This document shows positions 56,761-64,000 of a stretch of DNA of 64,000 nucleotides, one piece after another. Source of the stretch: the human T2T-CHM13v2.0 reference genome, Homo sapiens; assembly GCF_009914755.1 (NCBI RefSeq), contig NC_060926.1; one strand, 5' to 3'. The notes below the pieces were generated by a model, which worked only from the letters and a program-made list of their open reading frames with translations, was not told the origin of the DNA and ran no database searches. Made by a program: the position numbers and the translations under genes. Numbering within the stretch: the stretch's first letter is position 1; each line of letters opens with the position of its first letter.

Positions 56761-59700
56761 ATTCTAACTACTAAAAAAAAAAATGAGTGTAGGACTGGGG
56801 AGGTAAGCAAAGAAGCCAGAGGCTGTTGATTTTCACCATGTATTTATTTATACTATGGAATGTTATCTTATGCATGCATTATTTTAATAATTTTTTTAAA
56901 AAAATGTTTTAAATAATACAAATCCAGCCCAGAACAGGGGGATAAAGTTTTCTTTCTTAAGAGAATAGAGGAAATGAAACAGTAAAATGTTGTCCAGTTT
57001 ATTAGATTGTAAATTGATGCAAATATGCTTGCAAGATAATCTTTTTACTTTCAGAAGATATAAATGGATTTCAGCTATTTTTTTCGATTATATGCTTATG
57101 GAATTAAATGAATGCATATATATTTCAGATAAGTATGATAAGAAATCTATAAAATGAGCATCAAATGTACTTCTTTAATTCACCATAATCCAACTGTAAT
57201 CTGCACTCAAAGCTTTGTGTGTTAATTATGAAGTGATATGAATCTCTGCATTTCCTTTATACTTGCCTTTTAATAGTGACTTGGTAATATCTGCTAATGG
57301 GCTTTGTTGTCTGATGAACTGAATTACTGTGTTCTCTGCAAAGGACTCTGCTAAATGGTCCAAGATATTTGTGAAATTAACCTCCATTTAAACATTAGAA
57401 TTGGGGAAAGAGCATGAAAAGATTACCTCTGTTGGCAAAGAAAAATCAATGTTTTATAATTTTCAAGAAAATAGAGCAGTTCTAAGTTTTTCATTCCTTA
57501 TTTTATTTGCACTTAAAGCAAAACTAGAAAAGCAATTTCATGATTTTAAAAAAGAAAAAATAATATTATCTGGCTCTAACTCTTTGAATCTAGTTATTTC
57601 TTTTAAAATTAAAATTTTGCCTTCAAAGTGTCGCTATTTCAACCTGTGCAAGTTAAGTTACTCATAAACACACTGTAGAATATTATTTTTTTCAAGGAAG
57701 CAAATTTTGTCCTAATTTACAGTAGTGAAATCATCTAAATATGCACATTTCCAAATTCTCAAGATTCGTAAGAGGAACTTAATGAAATGGAAATCTCATT
57801 GGTAATTATACTCAGCTCAGCCTGGGAGTTCATGGTGCTGTCAGCCTGTGTGGTCATGGGTAGCTAAGCAACACAGCCAACTAGCACCTTTGTGGAGGAT
57901 ATTTTTAGCTTCATTGCACATTTTTCATTTATCTATTGGAGATTGATTTGTTTTGCAATTTATTTTGAAATTCCATTGCTTAAAATGAAAAGTATCCCAT
58001 CGCACCAGAAGGAAACATACAAGTGGGAATAAAAAAAGACAAATAATCTCCATGATTTGATATACAAACAATATAAATACTGTAGGAGAGTCAAACATTA
58101 CACTAAAAAAATACTTTTGAGGCTTTGGAAATACTTTCTTATCAATAAATAAGAGTTGAGTTTTCCGTTCATGGGTGAAGGCACTGACATCAAGAGCTAG
58201 ATAGCTTAATTTGTTTCTAAACTCAAATTAGTATCTTAGTGACAAGTCCATGATTGCTTAGTAAATAGAGTATGAATGAGACTTTAGGATTATGTTCCTT
58301 TGGCAAACAGCATTTCCAGGGGAGACAAGAAAGGTAACAAGTTGTCACAAATCTTAAATATCAGAGTAGCAATGGGCAGAAAGCTTTTTGGAGTAGTTAA
58401 TGGCATTTCCAGACCCTTGTGCTCCTGTGCAGCACCTGGAAGAGTGCTGATGGCCACAAAGCACTTTTACTCCATCAGGTCACACTTGTCCATTTCCACC
58501 CACTAGGTCTGATTGGGAGAGTTCTCCTTAAGGTAACCTGTTATTCACATAACCCTGATAGGAAACTGCATGGCTTCGAGAGAAAACAAACACCCAAGCC
58601 ACCAATCAACCAGACCTGATATCTAGAATTGACAATAATGGAGAGTTCAAGTACCAGCTCCATGGATGAATATCCCTATGTTCCTGAATTAGATGCTTAC
58701 TGTCTCTCTAGTTTGAATCTTCACCGGTAATGGAATGATATTTTTACCCTTTAGAGAGCTTTGAGAAATTAATGAAGTGCCTAAAATATCCAGCACACAT
58801 TAAGCAACTTAATGTGGTCCAACTTTGTCCCCACCCTTTGTAACCATACATAGTAATTGAGTACTAATGATTTAGATATTTGTTATGTCTTACCTGTTTT
58901 CATTAATCCAACCTTGGGTGCTACCAACTCTTGAGCATTAGCTATATTTTCTTAAGAAGAACAATACATTTTCCAGTAGGAAAACTTGCTATTTCTATAT
59001 AAAATTGAAAGTTGACTTGGGCTACTGAATATAAGTAAGGGTTTTATAAGCTTCTATCTCTCATCATTTAAAATCTATTGATCATTTTAAATTTTAAAAT
59101 ATTTCTAAAATACATTCCCTGTTTCATTTAAATATGATTATCATTTGCTTGATAGAGTAAAATACTCTTTTAAAGGATCCCATTTATAAGGATTTCCTAT
59201 GTGTTTGATTTGAAGGCCTAGAATCATGACCCATTTTCCTGGGTTGTGTTCTTGGTAGTATTCAGTGTGCTCTTTGCATAATATCTTAATGGGTGGGAGA
59301 TGTTCCCTACATAAATTGGACAACTCCATGGTTCTCTGTGTGAATTGATAGTGGAGACAGTGATTTTCCACCAGCATTTGTGGTTGGTGAATGTGAGCAT
59401 ATAGGAACCCTGGGATGGTCATGTAAAGTCTCTGGCCTCTATTAGCATATAAGTGAAGTGAAGTGAAGTGAAGTGGGAGAAGCCTGGTTGAACTGGGAGC
59501 AGTGAAATGAGGAGGCAATGAGTATTTTTAGCTTGATTTACTCTTGTTTGTGTTCCTTTCCAGTGTATGCTGAATAAAGTAGAATTTGACCCCTGCTATT
59601 GGAGGACAACAAAGGAAGGAAGTAAAATAATACACTCCCTTTAATTCTGGAGTGGAGATAAGATTACACAATAGTAATGCTTCTCACTACTGACATAAAA

Positions 59701-60618
59701 ATAAATTAAAAACATTAGGGGGAATGCCACCAATTCAGAGCTTCCCAATCACACTCCCTATAGAGACGCCCGTTTCCTGGTACAATGGAGACTTTTGAAT
59801 GAAAGGGTCAACATACAAGGATGTAACTATTATTCCTATAGCATGAGTTGTAGGTGGAGGAAAAGCTAGCAGAACATCAATTTATACAAAAAAAATTATT
59901 GATGATATTGGGAAATTAGAAACATTTAAAATCTATAATTTTTTCCTATTATTTTTTCCTATTTTAATGTTTTATATTATTTAATAACGGTTCTCAATAT
60001 ATATGAATATGATTATATGCTAAATACACACTGAACAGAATAGGAGAAAGGTCATATAACTTTGAGAGGCTGTCCACAAAATGTATCAGCATATAGCATA
60101 TAGAAAATATAAACATTAGTATCAAACATATGCAGGGATTATGAACACCTTACTATTATGTACACACTCTTCATTTTTATTATTGAGTTTATACTACTCT
60201 CTTTAAGATAACACCTTTATCTTTGATTGATTTCTTTTAGAGTCTATTCAGTTTTTTTTGTGTTTATTATTTATTATTTTCCCATGACATATTACTGGGC
60301 TTAAAGACCATCTTCTAATTTCAAAACTTTTTTTGGGGGGGGGTCATCTTCCACTACTCTAATTATTTGTTCTTGATGTGTTTTCTTTTAAAAATCACTT
60401 TATTCTTTTAAAAGCTTAAATTTTGACCCATAAAATAATGCACAAATAATCCTCTAATCGTTTTAAAAGGACCTGTTGTTTACTTTGAAATGATATTAAT
60501 GCTTTTAAAATTTTAAGTCAATTTTTTCCCTTCACTTCAGAATGCTATTCATGTTTAGATAGCTAATCTTACACAAATAAGATAAAGAGTCTGCCCTGAC
60601 AGGAACCTCTTTTACTTC

Positions 60619-60709
60619 ATTTTTTCTTTTTCTTTTCTTTCTTTCCTTTTTTCTTTTCTTCTCTCTCTCTCTCTTTTTCTTTCTTTCTTTCTTTCTTTTT
60701 TTCTTTCTT
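60619..60709. repeat. CT-rich (TTTC)n/(CT)n microsatellite
   Basis: ttttcttttc..ctctctctct..ttctttctttcttt. Confidence 0.9.
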
Positions 60710-61079
60710 AGCAGGATTTACTTTATTAAAACAATTATACACTTATTCTCTAATATCTCTATATATAGCTAATTATTTTCTTTCTTCTCTATTTTTGACA
60801 GATTTTAATGGCTAACTTAAATATTAGCTATACTGTCTGTCAGTAATCTAAATTATGATTGACACAATTTCTGAAGAAAGCCTAAGATTTTATTTTAAAT
60901 TTATCTATTGTTTATGTTTTAGAATTGACTCTAGGAAACTGTTTTTACCCCTACCTTCTGTTTTACAGCTTTAAAAACAAATAAATAAACCCATGCTCTA
61001 GTGTAGTTAGGCATTTGTTATTTAATAGGTTATATTATATGAGAATACTTTTCCATGTTAAATATAACATGATTTGAGG

Positions 61080-61295
61080 CAACATAGAGTAGAGTGAGAT
61101 TGTATAATTTGATATTCAGAATGTAAAGTCTGACAAGACACTAAATACCACTGGACCTCAGTTTCTTATCTCTGAATGGACATAACTGTATAAACGCTTG
61201 AGAGTTGTGAGACATAAATGAATATTGCATGTAAATCGCCTAAGATATGGTTTGGTATACCATGGATATTCAAGAAATAGTAGCTATTATCATTA
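61080..61295 (+). mobile_element. MIR SINE
   Basis: ggacctcagtttcttatctctgaatgg..gttgtgagacataaatgaatattgcatgtaaatcgcc..tagctattatcatt. Confidence 0.78.
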
Positions 61296-63628
61296 AATAT
61301 ATGCTGGACTTGACTCTACATTTTTTATTATTTGCCAATAGAAGGCTTTTCAGGAAATAAAAGCAAAGATGTTTATAATGTATCACTAACAGCTTGTTCT
61401 TTATTTTTTTCTAAGATATTTTACAACTTAATAAAACTATAAAGTTTAGAGTTTAAAACAGGTATGGAGCTTTTTTCTAAAATGGATTAATTAAATTTTG
61501 TTATTTCAAACTCTGTGGTTATCTTCACAAAATCTTGATTTTGGAAAAATATGCATGTGGTTTTTAAATATTTGACTATTTCCTTCACTAAATGCGGGTG
61601 GCCTCAGCTTAAAGATTTATACACGGAAGCGGGAGACATAATCCAGAATATATATCAAGGAATTTAAATAGGGATATCCAATTAATTAACATCTGTATTC
61701 ATTTATGCCTAGCTTTACATTGGATAGATTCTATAGTCTATATCCTGCCATGGTTCAGAGCACGAAACTCTAACTAGAGACATGTATGTAAAATAATCAG
61801 TGCAAGAAAGATTGTTCACTTTACCTCCAAAAAAACCTTTTGGCTTTTTAAATGTTGAACAATAGACATTTACTTAATTGGCACTTGTAAAGTCCATAAA
61901 TAACTTAAGGGGATAAGGGCAAATCTATAAACACTGTAAAATATTCTAGGTTAGGAAAGAACTTTTGATACTTCAGTGTTGCCATATGATATGTATGATC
62001 TCATGAATGTGAGGCAAAAGGAAACAATTGAAATTAGTAACCTCACTGCCTTTTTTCCTATCTGAGTGACGCTGTGATGTAGCCACTGAATCACATTGAG
62101 AGAAATTTGGGCTTGGGGCTGTATTTTTTAATACATGGAAATGTCATAATTTAATAGTACTCTAATACTAATTACCTCTCGTGATTTTTTTTTCCTGAAG
62201 TCTCTTTACACAGACCTAAATTGAACTAGATTACTTCCCTTTCTCTCTTTTCTTGTAAAGAAACCTCATTTAAACTTGAACCAGGTATGAGATGAAAGTG
62301 CCTAGTTTCCTCATTGATGCTCTATAATGAATATATTATTCCAGGAACCTTCTTGGCTTACCTTTTGCTGTTGAATAACACCACATTTTATTAAAGATCT
62401 GTGAAATGTTCCCTGAGATGTTATATAGCCTGTTCTCTTTAGACAGTAAGTTTTGCAAAATCTTCTTGGCTTTGTATAGGTGATAACAGGAAACAAGAAT
62501 AATGAGATAAAACCTCTTCTTTCAGGTTTTTTAATTGAGGAACAAATTATTTCATCGTTTCTCATTAGTTATTCCCATGGATTCTAATGACAAGGTGCCA
62601 ACTTTCACACTTTAAACAGGTTAATTAATCAGGTAGTAATGAAGTTGGGTGATACCTGAGTGTTGGTGTGCAGAATAATCACAGTTCCTAATAATGTGCT
62701 TAAATGTCTGTAAACCTGAGAGTATAAGCTGAAACTCAGATCTTCTGAGTTATGCATAAATAAACATATTCTGGCTAATGTGAAAACTAATTTTAATTTA
62801 TTACACTAGGTATAATCTTTAATTCAGAGATACATATATATATATAAATGAATATACAAATTGAATATGCATATTTATACTCACAATTATATATATTGTT
62901 CTTTTCATTTGAGAGCGTAAGCATGATGATGTTTTAACCTTCATATCTGCACTATTCTTACTTTGTTTAGCCAGTCCATACAATTATATATTTTAAATCT
63001 TATTGTTTGATTGTAGTTTTAGTTACAAAACCTGGTAAGAGTGAAATAATAGGCGAAATCCCACTATATGACAACAGCACGTGAGTATGTCAAAGGAGAG
63101 ATCATTACCAAGAAGAAATCACTATGATGTAAATCATCTTGGGTATCCTGGGCATCCACTCAGCAGGATATGCTGGAGAGGTCTCAGGTTTTTGTTAGTC
63201 AAACTTCCTTCCTCAAAAACTAGAGGAAAAATCAAGTGAACAAATACATATCTGATACATTGAATATTACCGCATTTATAATCATGGAAGGAAATTATAA
63301 TAAATGTTTAAGGAACAGACATATTATTTCTATTTTTGATAAAGGTATTGCAAAGAAGTCTATCCCTAAGAAAACAGGAAGCTTGGGATACAAAGCATTA
63401 TGCTTTCTATCACCAGCAAGCACTTCATCCTTGTGAAATCAGCAATAAAGAATCAGAAACCTGCTTCATATGTGCAGTATGTGGAGCGTCTCCACTGCCC
63501 TGGTAACAAGGAAAATACCAATGAGATGGTAACATGTAAAATTGCCTATTGACTAATTAGGATTTAAAAATTGAGGATGGGTCAGTGAAGAAAGAGTGTA
63601 TTCAAATCAATATGAAAACAATTCTATT

Positions 63629-63960
63629 GACTGGGCACGGTGGCTGGTTGCTCAGACGTGTAATCCCAACACTTTGGGAGGCTGAGGTGGGAGGATCACT
63701 TGAGTCCAGGAGTCTGAGAGCAGCCTGGACAACATAAGGAGACCTCCTCTCTACAAAAAGTAAAATATTAGATGAGTTAGTGGTATATGCCTGTCGTCCC
63801 AGCTACTTAGGAGCCTGAGGTGGGAGGATCACTGGAGCCTGGAAGGTCTAGGCTGCAGTGAACCGTGATCATGCCACCGCAGTCCAGCCTGGGAGACAGG
63901 GCCAGACCCTGGTCTCAAAAACACAAAAGCACATACACAAAAAAAAACAAAACAAAAAAA
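63629..63960 (+). mobile_element. AluJ
   Basis: ggaggatcacttgagtccagg and ggtgggaggatcactggagcct (J-type); approximate TSD aattcta(t/c)t. Confidence 0.93.
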
Positions 63961-64000
63961 TAATTCTACTGTCAAATTTTGATTATCAAAAATGAATTAA

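Overview
AT-rich, CpG-poor primate genomic DNA, probably human given a near-consensus AluY with an AluYc1-type change. It looks intronic or intergenic. I recognise no host protein-coding gene, rRNA, tRNA or CRISPR array. The ORFs I can identify come from transposable elements and the rest look like chance frames. Much of the window is TE relics: a Tigger1 split by a 5'-inverted L1PA, an ancient RTE-clade LINE fossil, an ERVL gag-pro-pol fossil with LTR, solo LTRs (MST, MLT1, MLT2A2, LTR33-like), a near full-length L1MA2-type element, HAL1, L2, MIR, MER3 and eight Alus. The most notable structure is a ~475 bp inverted copy of nearby sequence (43118-43592) inserted into the L1MA2 5' UTR (39764-40240) with microhomology junctions. 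I found no evidence for a new enzymatic or defence system. Family and subfamily calls come from remembered consensus sequences, not from a database search, and boundaries of old repeats are approximate.
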